From positions 32,001 through 96,000 of the forward strand of contig JAHPZA010000004.1 of NCBI GenBank assembly GCA_019058445.1: a DNA stretch of 64,000 bases. The letters run 5' to 3'. Below, in pieces: positions 9,178 to 18,647 of the stretch; positions within the stretch are counted from its first letter, which is position 1; each line of letters opens with the position of its first letter. The position numbers and the translations under genes were made by a program. Source of the stretch: Promethearchaeota archaeon (lineage in GTDB: Archaea; Asgardarchaeota; Lokiarchaeia; Sigyniarchaeales; SOKP01). The notes under the pieces are model-generated. The model ran no database searches. It was not told where the DNA came from and worked only from the letters and a program-made list of their open reading frames with translations.

Positions 9178-10140
9178 ATGGTTTCGCTAAAACCACCAGT
9201 GATTGATGGGCATATTGATACCGCACTTCAAATTTTAAGAGAACCTCGAAAGTTTGCAGAACGCTCTAAATTTGGACATTGTGATTTACCTCGTATGAAA
9301 GATGCGAATGTGCAAGCTGCGCTTTTTGCGATAGAATCTGGATATACCATGGAAAGTCTGATTACATCCATTGATATTTGGTTTAAATTAGTCTCAAATC
9401 CAGAAAATCAACTTTTCCAGATTAAAAAAATAGATGATTTTAACAGAGCGAGAGATTCTGAACACATTGGTGCTCTGCTTCATTTTGAAGGAGTTTCTGG
9501 AATGGATGATGAGTTAAAGCTTTTAAGAATTGGTTATCAACTCGGACTAAGATCAATGGGATTAACCTGGTCAAATGTCAATAAATTCGCTACTGGAGTA
9601 AGAGTGACCACTAAGCGTCAGCGAAAAACAGGAATTACAGATTTGGGAAGAAAACTTGTCAGAGAAGCGCAAACATTAGGAGTAACAATCGATGTGTCTC
9701 ACTTAAACGACACATCTTTTTGGGATTTATATGAAATTACCGAAAAACCAATTATTGCCACCCATTCAAACGTCCGTTCAGTAAGTAATCACATTAGAAA
9801 CTTAACAAATGAGCAAATTAAAGCCATACATGAAAAACACGGTACTATAGGGATTAATTTTTGTATGAAATTTTTAGATCCTGAACATCCCTATGAAGAA
9901 TATACTAACTTAGGATTAGATGTGATTAAAAAGCATATAGATCATATAGTAAATTTAGCCGATATTAATACCGTTGCTTTAGGGTCTGATTTCGATGGAA
10001 CCTCAGTCCCAAATTGCGTTAGAGACTGTACAAAACTTCCTAATTTATGGGAGTATCTTCTTGAAAACGGTTATAGTGAACAAGATATTAATAAAATCAC
10101 ACATGAGAATCTGCTAAGGGTATTTAAGGAAACGTGGTAA
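9178..10140 (+). CDS. Membrane dipeptidase family (peptidase M19)
   Basis: DGHIDT, HFEG, LTWS, IDVSH, ATHSN, LGSDFDG motifs. Confidence 0.92.
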   Translation: MVSLKPPVIDGHIDTALQILREPRKFAERSKFGHCDLPRMKDANVQAALFAIESGYTMESLITSIDIWFKLVSNPENQLFQIKKIDDFNRARDSEHIGALLHFEGVSGMDDELKLLRIGYQLGLRSMGLTWSNVNKFATGVRVTTKRQRKTGITDLGRKLVREAQTLGVTIDVSHLNDTSFWDLYEITEKPIIATHSNVRSVSNHIRNLTNEQIKAIHEKHGTIGINFCMKFLDPEHPYEEYTNLGLDVIKKHIDHIVNLADINTVALGSDFDGTSVPNCVRDCTKLPNLWEYLLENGYSEQDINKITHENLLRVFKETW

Positions 10141-10338
10141 TGAGGTTTTCCATAATGTCATGATTAATCATTATCAGAAAAAATCGTTTCATTAGTACGA
10201 ATTATTGTAGAAAACTATCATTATTAAATTTCACATTTTTATCAAAGTAGTGAAGATTTTAGAGTTCAAATAAAATCTTAAAACCTAGAAAGCAAAATTT
10301 TAAGGTTATTTAATTAAAAAAAGAAATTTCAAAATGAG

Positions 10339-10740
10339 GTGATTAGAATTTCAACACAACATATATTTCATATTAATAAAGTAGAAGAAATTGAACAGCA
10401 ATTTAAAAATGTAAAAGTTGATGCTATGCAAAAAGGTATGGCTACTGCAATGGCAAACTTGTTAACTAAATTTATTCCATTAAACCAAAGAGCGTTAAGA
10501 GGATTCATTTTTCTCTCTTTTCAAGAATGGCAGAAGAAAACAAAAGCTTTTCTGGCCGATATGAATAACGCGGAAGTGCCATTAGAAAAAAAATTTCAAA
10601 TAACTGATGAAATCAATGACATTCTATTACATAAACTTACACGTGTCTTAATTAATGAAAATGATAAGCCTTTGTTAGAAAATGGAATACGTGAAGGAAC
10701 AAAAATACTCCGTGATATTCTCAGGAAACAATGGGCATAA
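10339..10740 (+). CDS. Hypothetical helical protein
   Basis: 133-aa ORF followed by a T-tract. No family recognised. Confidence 0.6.
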   Translation: MIRISTQHIFHINKVEEIEQQFKNVKVDAMQKGMATAMANLLTKFIPLNQRALRGFIFLSFQEWQKKTKAFLADMNNAEVPLEKKFQITDEINDILLHKLTRVLINENDKPLLENGIREGTKILRDILRKQWA

Positions 10741-10781
10741 TAAATGATTTCAATCAAATTCTTTTCTTTTTTATTTTTTTA

Positions 10782-10799
10782 ATTCTACAATTGTAGAAT
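10782..10799. promoter_or_regulatory. Perfect 18-bp palindrome ATTCTACAATTGTAGAAT, candidate operator
   Basis: Exact inverted repeat about 20 bp upstream of a TATA-like TATATAAG before the oxidoreductase pair. Confidence 0.55.
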
Positions 10800-10943
10800 G
10801 CAAAAATTTGAAATTTAGATATATAAGCGTCTTTGTATTTTAGATTTTCAAATTTCATAGGTAAATTTAAAATTTATTTGTTAATTTTCCCTATTATAAG
10901 ATTTTTCAAATAGTTTAGAAAATTTTAAAAAAAAACAAAATGG

Positions 10944-12437
10944 TTGATTAAAATTTCATACAAATTACCAGATGAAAAAGATTTAGAGGCCATGATTGGC
11001 ATTGTAGGTAAAAAGTATGCCAGCAATAACAAGGCAATCACTGCTTCTTACCTCGCAAAGTCAGTCATGGGGCTGGAAAGCCAAATTCCAGACATCGTAA
11101 TCCGACCGAAATACGTAGAAGAGATTCGTAAAATCTTAATATATTGCTCTGCTGAGAAAATACCTGTTAGTCCTGTTTCGGCAGGATTATCCGGTGGATT
11201 TGCTTGCCCTACTATTAGACCTGGTGGTGTGCTCCTCGATTTGGGGAGAATGGATCGTATCATCGAAATTGACGAAGAAAATCGATATGCTATTATAGAA
11301 CCGGGTGTAACCAATGGTACGCTTTGGGCTTACATGCATAAGAATCATCCTGATTGGGCACCTCCAATTGCTGATGGCGCCCCTCCGGCTGCTACTGTAA
11401 TGGGAGATGCTATAGATAGAGGTTTTTCCTTATATACTTCTAGTGTAGGACCTCAAGGGGATAACTTTATGTGTGGGGAAGTTGTTTTTCCAAATGGTGA
11501 TGTCGTAAGAACAGGATCTTGGGCGCTTCCATTTGCAAAACCATTCTATAAGTATGGGCTTGGTCCAGACATGTGGTCATACCTTATGGGTAGTCAAGGA
11601 ACTATGGGAGTAATAACCAAGGCAGCTGTCAAAATATATCCTCATCCTAAATACAAAACTGTTATAGTATGGGGTATGTCTAATCCTTATGATATGCAAG
11701 ATTTAACACTAGAAGTAGGAAAACAAGAATTTGGGGTTTCTAACCATACCGTTATGGTCCAAGGAGGCAATTATCCACTCGTTATGGCACGCTGGCCAAA
11801 AGATAAAATTCCTCATAATTATGAATTTTTTAAAGAAATAGGTGTAGCAAAGTGGTGGATGAACTGGGAAACATGGGCTCAGACGCAAGAAGAATTGGAT
11901 TATTGTATTAAGAGAATCAACTCTATAGCAAAAGATTTCAAACAAAATCGTGCTAAAGACCCTGATGCTATAAAACCCCAGGAGCTTCATCCTAAACAAA
12001 TCGCAAGCAGAATGAAGAAACCTAATAAGATTGCTATTCCATATTCATTCTGGGAAGCTGGGTTCTTATTCATAACATGGTACACTCCGTGGAACGAATG
12101 TGCCGAATTCGCAGAAATGTACAACGCAGAAATGGAAAAGAGAGGTTTCCCTCCTGTGATGTGGATTGCCAGCATTGAGCGTTGCAGACAAGCAATCTGT
12201 ATGCCAATAATCTGTTTTGACAGTACTAAGGATGAGGATTTTGAAAAGGTCCAAGATTTGAATGCGGTGACTACTGAATATGGTCTAAAAAGAGGATGGC
12301 TTAACTATAGACCAGATCCATACATCCACATACAAGCTTACTATCAAGCAGGTATGTACTGGAAGTATTTACGGGCCTTTAAGAAAATGGTCGATCCTAA
12401 TATGATAATGCATCCCGGCAGATTAGCTCTGCCGTAA
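10944..12437 (+). CDS. FAD-binding oxidoreductase (VAO/PCMH/GlcD superfamily)
   Basis: LLDLGRMDRIIEID, IEPGVT, GSQGTMGVITK and C-terminal DPNMIMHPG motifs. Confidence 0.9.
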   Translation: MIKISYKLPDEKDLEAMIGIVGKKYASNNKAITASYLAKSVMGLESQIPDIVIRPKYVEEIRKILIYCSAEKIPVSPVSAGLSGGFACPTIRPGGVLLDLGRMDRIIEIDEENRYAIIEPGVTNGTLWAYMHKNHPDWAPPIADGAPPAATVMGDAIDRGFSLYTSSVGPQGDNFMCGEVVFPNGDVVRTGSWALPFAKPFYKYGLGPDMWSYLMGSQGTMGVITKAAVKIYPHPKYKTVIVWGMSNPYDMQDLTLEVGKQEFGVSNHTVMVQGGNYPLVMARWPKDKIPHNYEFFKEIGVAKWWMNWETWAQTQEELDYCIKRINSIAKDFKQNRAKDPDAIKPQELHPKQIASRMKKPNKIAIPYSFWEAGFLFITWYTPWNECAEFAEMYNAEMEKRGFPPVMWIASIERCRQAICMPIICFDSTKDEDFEKVQDLNAVTTEYGLKRGWLNYRPDPYIHIQAYYQAGMYWKYLRAFKKMVDPNMIMHPGRLALP

Positions 12438-12446
12438 ACAAGGAGG

Positions 12447-13838
12447 TTGAAAAAAATGGCTAAAACAGGAATGGATAGATTACAAGAATTAAAAAAGGAC
12501 ATTTTCAAATGTATTCACTGTAAAGCTTGCAGGTTCGCTTATTCAGGAGAACCAGATAGGGAAGGGATTGGCGAATTTACGGGTAAACAGGGAACAGTTC
12601 TTTATGAAGGAATGGTTGATGCTTGTCCAGCAGGTATAGAATATGGATGGGAAGCGTTTTGGAATGCGGGAAAGATTTGGATTGCTCGATCAATCCTTAA
12701 TGGTGATTTAGAATTTACCGAAGAAGTCAGAGATGTATTGATGCCTTGTATTACTTGCGGACAATGTTCTGCACAATGTGAAAATAAAGTTCGAACAGTC
12801 GATATTATAGAATCCTTACGAGCAGCATGTAAGGAAGCTGGTGTCCCTATGATTGACAAACATCAATTAGTTGATAGATTGGTCAAGGAATTAAACAATC
12901 CGTATGGAGGTAAGGCAGATGAACGATTTAAATGGGCTAAAGACGCAGGCTTAGAAAAATACATTGACAATAAAGATGCGAAAATTGGGTATTATGTGGG
13001 GTGTACTGCGAGCTATCGTCAAGTTGAAGTGGCAATTGCTACTGCAAAAGTATTCGAACAATTAGGGATGAATTTTACCTTGATTTCTGACGAAGTTTGT
13101 TGCGGCAGCCCATTTTTCAGAGTCGGTGCTGTGGATACTGCTCAAGAATTAATGAATAAAAACCTTGAGGCCTTTAAAGGTTTAGAGAAGCTTTACTTCT
13201 CTTGTGCAGGATGTTATCGTACTATAACAATTGATTATCCAAAATGGATGCCCGAAGACCAAAAGCTTCCTTTCAAAACTCAGCATGCTTTTGAATTAAT
13301 TTCTAAATTAATTACAATAGGAAAAGTAAGTTTCAAACCAAATAAAGAATTAAAAGGCAAGGTGGTTACCTATCATGATCCATGTCACACAGGTAGACAC
13401 TTTGCGGTTGACATGGAACAGGAGATGATCAGAGAATCGAAGAATTTAATGTTTGATATGCGCAAAATAAAAGAGAGGCAAGAAGCATGGTTTGATGTTC
13501 CAAGAGTAATCCTAAGGAAATTAGAGGAAGATGTTGGGATAAAATTCACAGAGATGTACCGTATTAAGCTCAATAGCATGTGCTGTGGAGCAGGTGGCGG
13601 AGTCAGAGCAGGATACCCCGACTTTAGTTTGAGAACTGCGAGTTTACGATGTGATGAAGCAAATGCGGTTGGTGCGGATATTTTAACTACAGAATGTCCG
13701 TTCTGCTGGAGAAACTTGTCCGATGCAAACGATCTTTACACGCATGGCTTACAGGTAATGGGCATTCTTGAAATGATAAGTAAGTACAATCTCTTAGACC
13801 TAAAGGAAAAACCAACTCAAAAAGAACTTTTAGAATAA
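12447..13838 (+). CDS. Fe-S/CCG-domain oxidoreductase (GlcF/HdrD-like)
   Basis: CxxCxxC motifs, two CCG motifs, YHDPCH and TECPFC. Confidence 0.9.
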   Translation: MKKMAKTGMDRLQELKKDIFKCIHCKACRFAYSGEPDREGIGEFTGKQGTVLYEGMVDACPAGIEYGWEAFWNAGKIWIARSILNGDLEFTEEVRDVLMPCITCGQCSAQCENKVRTVDIIESLRAACKEAGVPMIDKHQLVDRLVKELNNPYGGKADERFKWAKDAGLEKYIDNKDAKIGYYVGCTASYRQVEVAIATAKVFEQLGMNFTLISDEVCCGSPFFRVGAVDTAQELMNKNLEAFKGLEKLYFSCAGCYRTITIDYPKWMPEDQKLPFKTQHAFELISKLITIGKVSFKPNKELKGKVVTYHDPCHTGRHFAVDMEQEMIRESKNLMFDMRKIKERQEAWFDVPRVILRKLEEDVGIKFTEMYRIKLNSMCCGAGGGVRAGYPDFSLRTASLRCDEANAVGADILTTECPFCWRNLSDANDLYTHGLQVMGILEMISKYNLLDLKEKPTQKELLE

Positions 13839-14029
13839 ACTAAAGAGCATTTCTTTGCTCACTAATTTTTTTATCTCTATTTAAACAATAATTCTATATT
13901 TTCTATATTAAATATTTAAATAATTCTACATTTTACTTTAAATCATAAATATTGGGCTCTGAATTATATTAATAAATCTCTGGCTATTAATTTAATATAG
14001 AATGAAAATTTCGAAAAAATGGTTTAAAG

Positions 14030-16153
14030 GTGAAATGGATGAAAGTATTATTAATCTATGGCAGTCCAAGACATAAAAAATCTGCGTCATATCATCTTGG
14101 AGAGAATTTTGCTAAAGGCATGGAAAGAGCAGGGGCAGAAGTGGACGAAATTATGCTTTGTAAGCAAAAGATTAATCATTGTATCGGTTGTTTTACATGT
14201 TGGACTAAAACTCCAGGAAAATGCATTCATAATGATGATATGGCAGATAATTTACCTAAAATAGAACAAGCAGATTTAATAGTTTATGCTGTTCCGCTAT
14301 ATATTTATACGATTCCGGGATTGGTAAAGGATTTCATGGACCGTTCACTGCCTTTATTTGAACCTTATTTAATTGAAGAAAAAGGTTTTAGTTCACATCC
14401 AAAAAGAGTTCCGAAGACACAAAACATTTTTTTAATAAGCGTGGCAGGTTTTCCCGAATTATCTCATTTCGATTCCTTAGTGCATTTGTTCAAGAAGAGA
14501 TATAGAAGAGATGAATATGTAGGTGAAATATTAGTAGGTGGATCAGAACTAATGAGTATGGATTCCATGCAATATCGATATAAGAAATTATATGATGCAA
14601 TGGAACAAGCGGGTTATGAACTCGTTAAGAATGGGAAAATTTCAGCAGATACGAAAAAGGCGATTGAAAAAGAAACAATTGTACCAAAAAATAAATTGAA
14701 GCTTTTTAGAGAAATGGCAAATAAGTATTGGGACTCCCTTTTACCAAAGGAATATTCTAAAGTTCAGCTAGAAGCAACAAATGATAAACTACTGGAGATA
14801 TCAGATGGAGGTATGGGAGCATTTTTTGCGGGAATGGCTTCACAATATAACCCAAATGTGTTATCAGGACTTAAGGCTGTTCTTCAATTTAATCTCGAAA
14901 ACGAACGATATTATCTCAAAGTTAACCAAAATATCTGTAAAGCTTACAAGGGATCCTATCCTAACCCTACTTTAACAATAAATTCACCAAAAGATGTATG
15001 GATAAAGATTTCAACGGGCAAATTAGAAGGAGCAGATGCGTTGATGAATGGGCTTTACAAAGTTGAGGGCGACTTTAAACTTCTCATGAAAATGAACGAC
15101 TTGTTCTCAAGCGATGACGATGATACTAAAGCAACAAAACCTTCCAATAAAGTCAAGCAAAAAACATCGCAAAAAACCTCAAAACAAGCAAAGCTTCTAA
15201 GCGTAAGCGCCGGAGGAAACGCGGCGTTCTTCGCCGGCATGGCGGCTCAGTTCAATCCACACGCAGAGCCTGATTTAAAGCCTGTTATCCAATTTAAGCT
15301 AGAAGACGAAAATTATCATCTCGTCGTTCAAGGAAACGAGTGTAAAGCTTACGAAGGGATCCATCCCGACCCTACCGTGACGGTTAATACTTCAGCGGAC
15401 GTGTGGATGAAAATTTCGTCCGGAGAATTAAACGGAGCCAAAGCGTTCATGAAAAAAATGTATACGGTAGACGGAGACATGGGGATTTTGCTAAAGTTGA
15501 ACAGATTGTTTTCTGGTGAGGAAGAAATTGCGGATGTCCCTTCAGAACCTCAGATTTCTGCTCGAACGCTAGAAAAGATCCCTGAAACTCGCGGACCTCT
15601 CAAGATACCGGCAATGCTGTGGCTCAACGTTGCCTTCGTGCCATGGATCATCTTTTGGATATGGCACTCAATCGCCCCGGGATTTCTTCCAATGCTAAGC
15701 GTAGCGCTCGTCTCGCTTGTTATCACGCTATACCACTTGAAGACGAATCGTCCCACCTTGTTTGAATACGGATCGTGTGTGTATTTAATTATGGCTACGC
15801 TGTTATATTGGATGGGTATTGAGTTTTTTATAACATATATTAGAATGATTAACAACATTTACTTAGGTGCTTTGTGGTTAATCTCGCTAACCAAGACATT
15901 TTCCTTGACGGCCGAATATTCTAGACACGGACTTCCCAGGGCAATCTGGAACACTCGAGCGTTCCTTGACACCAACAATATTTTAACGGGATTGTGGGGC
16001 ATATATTTTTTGTGCTCGGCAATAATGGATTTAGTCGCGATTACGTACTCTGAATTGTCGCTAGTGCTAATGATAGTTGAGTATCTTTTACTTATACCCA
16101 TGTTTTTGTTTACGTCATGGTTTCAAAAATGGTACCCATCTAAAGTGATGTAG
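14030..16153 (+). CDS. Iron-sulfur flavoprotein/NAD(P)H-FMN reductase + two SCP2 lipid-binding domains + membrane domain
   Basis: GSPR...CIGCFTCW..TPGKC flavodoxin-like N-terminus, two SCP2-like repeats (P.PT.TI...DVW.KI..G.L.G) and about 6 C-terminal TMs. Confidence 0.8.
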   Translation: MKWMKVLLIYGSPRHKKSASYHLGENFAKGMERAGAEVDEIMLCKQKINHCIGCFTCWTKTPGKCIHNDDMADNLPKIEQADLIVYAVPLYIYTIPGLVKDFMDRSLPLFEPYLIEEKGFSSHPKRVPKTQNIFLISVAGFPELSHFDSLVHLFKKRYRRDEYVGEILVGGSELMSMDSMQYRYKKLYDAMEQAGYELVKNGKISADTKKAIEKETIVPKNKLKLFREMANKYWDSLLPKEYSKVQLEATNDKLLEISDGGMGAFFAGMASQYNPNVLSGLKAVLQFNLENERYYLKVNQNICKAYKGSYPNPTLTINSPKDVWIKISTGKLEGADALMNGLYKVEGDFKLLMKMNDLFSSDDDDTKATKPSNKVKQKTSQKTSKQAKLLSVSAGGNAAFFAGMAAQFNPHAEPDLKPVIQFKLEDENYHLVVQGNECKAYEGIHPDPTVTVNTSADVWMKISSGELNGAKAFMKKMYTVDGDMGILLKLNRLFSGEEEIADVPSEPQISARTLEKIPETRGPLKIPAMLWLNVAFVPWIIFWIWHSIAPGFLPMLSVALVSLVITLYHLKTNRPTLFEYGSCVYLIMATLLYWMGIEFFITYIRMINNIYLGALWLISLTKTFSLTAEYSRHGLPRAIWNTRAFLDTNNILTGLWGIYFLCSAIMDLVAITYSELSLVLMIVEYLLLIPMFLFTSWFQKWYPSKVM

Positions 16154-16177
16154 AAGCTCTGCTCATCAAATCCTAAG

Positions 16178-16990
16178 TTATATATTTAGATTGTTATTTG
16201 GAAGCGTCAAAGCTTTATTCCAATAGTAATCGAACACATCTGCCATCCATTTTGCTCCTTGATTATGGGTTATTTTCCAACTCTGTCTAAAATCAGCTTG
16301 TTCTGATTTATTAAAGAACGCACATCCTAAATGATTCAATGGAAATAATATAATGTGGACGGGAAACGTTGGTAAATAGCGGAAGTCATTTAACGACACA
16401 ATGTTTTCATATTTATTTATAAACTGCCATGGTGTAATTTTAACAGTTTCCAGACTTTCCAATGAAATAATAAATTTATAATCAAAATCATAAGCGGAGG
16501 TTTTTACAGTTGAGGCGATTATTGTTCCGATGCTCGCATCAAGGTTTAAATCAAATGATCCCATTACTTTTGCGTTAAACATTAGCTCTCTTTGCTGCTC
16601 ATCTTGAAAATTTTTAACAATTTCACCAAGAAATGAGGGTGCTTCGATAACTTGAGTAGGGTCTAATTCATAAATCCTAGAAAGAAATTGAATTGGTATA
16701 TCATGAAGCTCATAATTAGAGAGAAAATTAAATGAATTGGAGATTGTTTTAAGCGGTTCAAGGAATTTTTGAATAGTTTTCCATATAGGTTTTACAGAAT
16801 AGAATTTTTCTCCTTGAATAAATTGAGTATCTAATAATTTATCAAGGTGATCTTTAACTGTAGGTGGTGGGATATTCAATTTAGAAGCAATAGTTGATAA
16901 GCGTAAGTCTTTTTCATGTTCATCGAGTAATCTAAGGATTTCCTGCCGCCTCTGAGAAGAGAGTGCTTTTAAAAATTCATAAAAGTCCAT
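16178..16990 (-). CDS. ArsR-like winged-helix transcriptional regulator with C-terminal effector domain
   Basis: 'LKALSSQRRQEILRLL...LSTIASKLNIPPPTVKDHLDKL' and C-terminal 'WMADVFDYYW'. Divergent from the oxidoreductase operon. Confidence 0.85.
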   Translation of the reverse strand: MDFYEFLKALSSQRRQEILRLLDEHEKDLRLSTIASKLNIPPPTVKDHLDKLLDTQFIQGEKFYSVKPIWKTIQKFLEPLKTISNSFNFLSNYELHDIPIQFLSRIYELDPTQVIEAPSFLGEIVKNFQDEQQRELMFNAKVMGSFDLNLDASIGTIIASTVKTSAYDFDYKFIISLESLETVKITPWQFINKYENIVSLNDFRYLPTFPVHIILFPLNHLGCAFFNKSEQADFRQSWKITHNQGAKWMADVFDYYWNKALTLPNNNLNI

Positions 16991-17019
16991 ATAGGTGAAG
17001 TATTTACATATGTTTATTT

Positions 17020-17043
17020 ATTTTTCGGAAAAACCCGAAAAAT
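17020..17043. promoter_or_regulatory. Inverted repeat ATTTTTCGG-N6-CCGAAAAAT, candidate operator
   Basis: 9-bp perfect arms in the divergent promoter region. A weaker copy (TTTTCG...CGAGA) lies near 17059-17077. Confidence 0.55.
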
Positions 17044-17215
17044 TAGGATAAGCATTATTTTTCGCTAAAAATCGAGATTTATAATGGAATATAAGAAATA
17101 ATGAATTTCTTATGCTTTATTGGGCAAAGCTTAAATATAAAATGTGATATAGTAGAAACAACTAAAAATTTATAATGAAATCAAACTTAAAAAAGTAATA
17201 CATTAAAAAAACAAA

Positions 17216-18646
17216 TTGCTAATAGTGAAGATTATGGATTTAAATGAATTCAAAATCGAATTGGAAAAAGTTGTAGATAATAACCATATTATCAAGGATC
17301 AAGATAGGATCAACAGATATTCCCAAGATCAGCATTACCCGCTAATAGAGGAAAAAATACCAGAATTAGTTGTGATTCCAGAATCTTTAGAAGAAGTACA
17401 GCAAATTGTAATAGTTGCAAATCAATTCAAAATACCAATTATTCCTAAAAGCTCAGAAAAAAGCCGTTATGGGGGTACAATGGCAAATAATGGCGGACTA
17501 ATAGTTGATTTAGGAAAGTTAAATCGAATTGTGTCTGTTGATGATACAAACATGCATGTTGTAGTCGAACCAGGAGTTACATTTAAACAATTACAGAACG
17601 AGTTAGATAATTATAAACTTAGAATCCTTCCTACAATTTTTTCTAGTTCCGACTCGATTATCTCCTCTTATTTAGCGCGATATCCAACATATTCCATGGC
17701 TAAGTTTGAATATACCGATTTAGTTGTAAATCTTGAGATTGTTTTAGGGAATGGAGAGATCTTCCGAACTGGATCCTGGGCATCGGTAAAAAGCCCTCCG
17801 GTTTATCCCTATGGGTCTTCTTTAGATTTCTTTAGAATCTTTCACGGAGCGAGAGGTGGATTAGGAATTATTACAAAAGCTTCAATTCGGGTTAAGCCTA
17901 AACCTTTGGTTCAAGAGATAGTATCTGTTCCGTTTTTTACTCATAAAGATTTTGTAAATTTTGTGTATGATGTTCAGAGAAAAGAAATGGGAATTGAATG
18001 TATAGTTTTGAACAAAATAAATGCTCTGAATTATTTACATGTTGAAGATAAATCTATGGATTTTCCTAATTGGATTTTTTTGATTTGTCTGGAGGGACCT
18101 CAGAGATTTCCAGAGGAAAAGATTGAATATGAAAAAGAAGCATTAAATAGGCTTATTAAAAAACATTCTATAAACTTAAAAATGAATAATTTAATCAATC
18201 AATTAGAGCAGAAGATATTAAATGAATTTAATACACCTCAAGATCTCAAGAAAAAATCATATGATCTACCGGTATATCTAACTTTAAATAAATTTCCAGA
18301 GATTTATTCAATTATTCAAAACGAATTAAGTCAAACTAACGAAGATAAAACTGATTTGGGAGTCTCTATTATCCCTGTTGAGCGAAATCGTACAGCGTAT
18401 GTTGAATTTGATCTTTACCCCGCGTTAAATACTGAACGACAAATTACTGAATTTAAAACATTGTTTAGAAATTTAGGTGAATTAGCTTTAAAAGCGGGAG
18501 CGATTATTGATATTCCTTATGGTCCTTTAAAACAAGTAGTGTATTCCAAAGTTGGGAATTATTTAGCTTTAATCAAAGATGTAAAAGATATTTTTGATCC
18601 AAATAATATTATGAATCCTGGAAAAATAGAAAAGGAGGTGATCTAA
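17216..18646 (+). CDS. FAD-binding oxidoreductase (GlcD/VAO superfamily)
   Basis: VDLGKLNRI, VEPGVT, RTGSW, GGLGIITK, DPNNIMNPG. The start may be ATG 17234. Confidence 0.88.
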   Translation: MLIVKIMDLNEFKIELEKVVDNNHIIKDQDRINRYSQDQHYPLIEEKIPELVVIPESLEEVQQIVIVANQFKIPIIPKSSEKSRYGGTMANNGGLIVDLGKLNRIVSVDDTNMHVVVEPGVTFKQLQNELDNYKLRILPTIFSSSDSIISSYLARYPTYSMAKFEYTDLVVNLEIVLGNGEIFRTGSWASVKSPPVYPYGSSLDFFRIFHGARGGLGIITKASIRVKPKPLVQEIVSVPFFTHKDFVNFVYDVQRKEMGIECIVLNKINALNYLHVEDKSMDFPNWIFLICLEGPQRFPEEKIEYEKEALNRLIKKHSINLKMNNLINQLEQKILNEFNTPQDLKKKSYDLPVYLTLNKFPEIYSIIQNELSQTNEDKTDLGVSIIPVERNRTAYVEFDLYPALNTERQITEFKTLFRNLGELALKAGAIIDIPYGPLKQVVYSKVGNYLALIKDVKDIFDPNNIMNPGKIEKEVI

Positions 18647-18647
18647 A

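Noticed and set aside
10160-10171. 12-bp palindrome ATGATTAATCAT
   Set aside because: Short, AT-rich and single. Plausible by chance.
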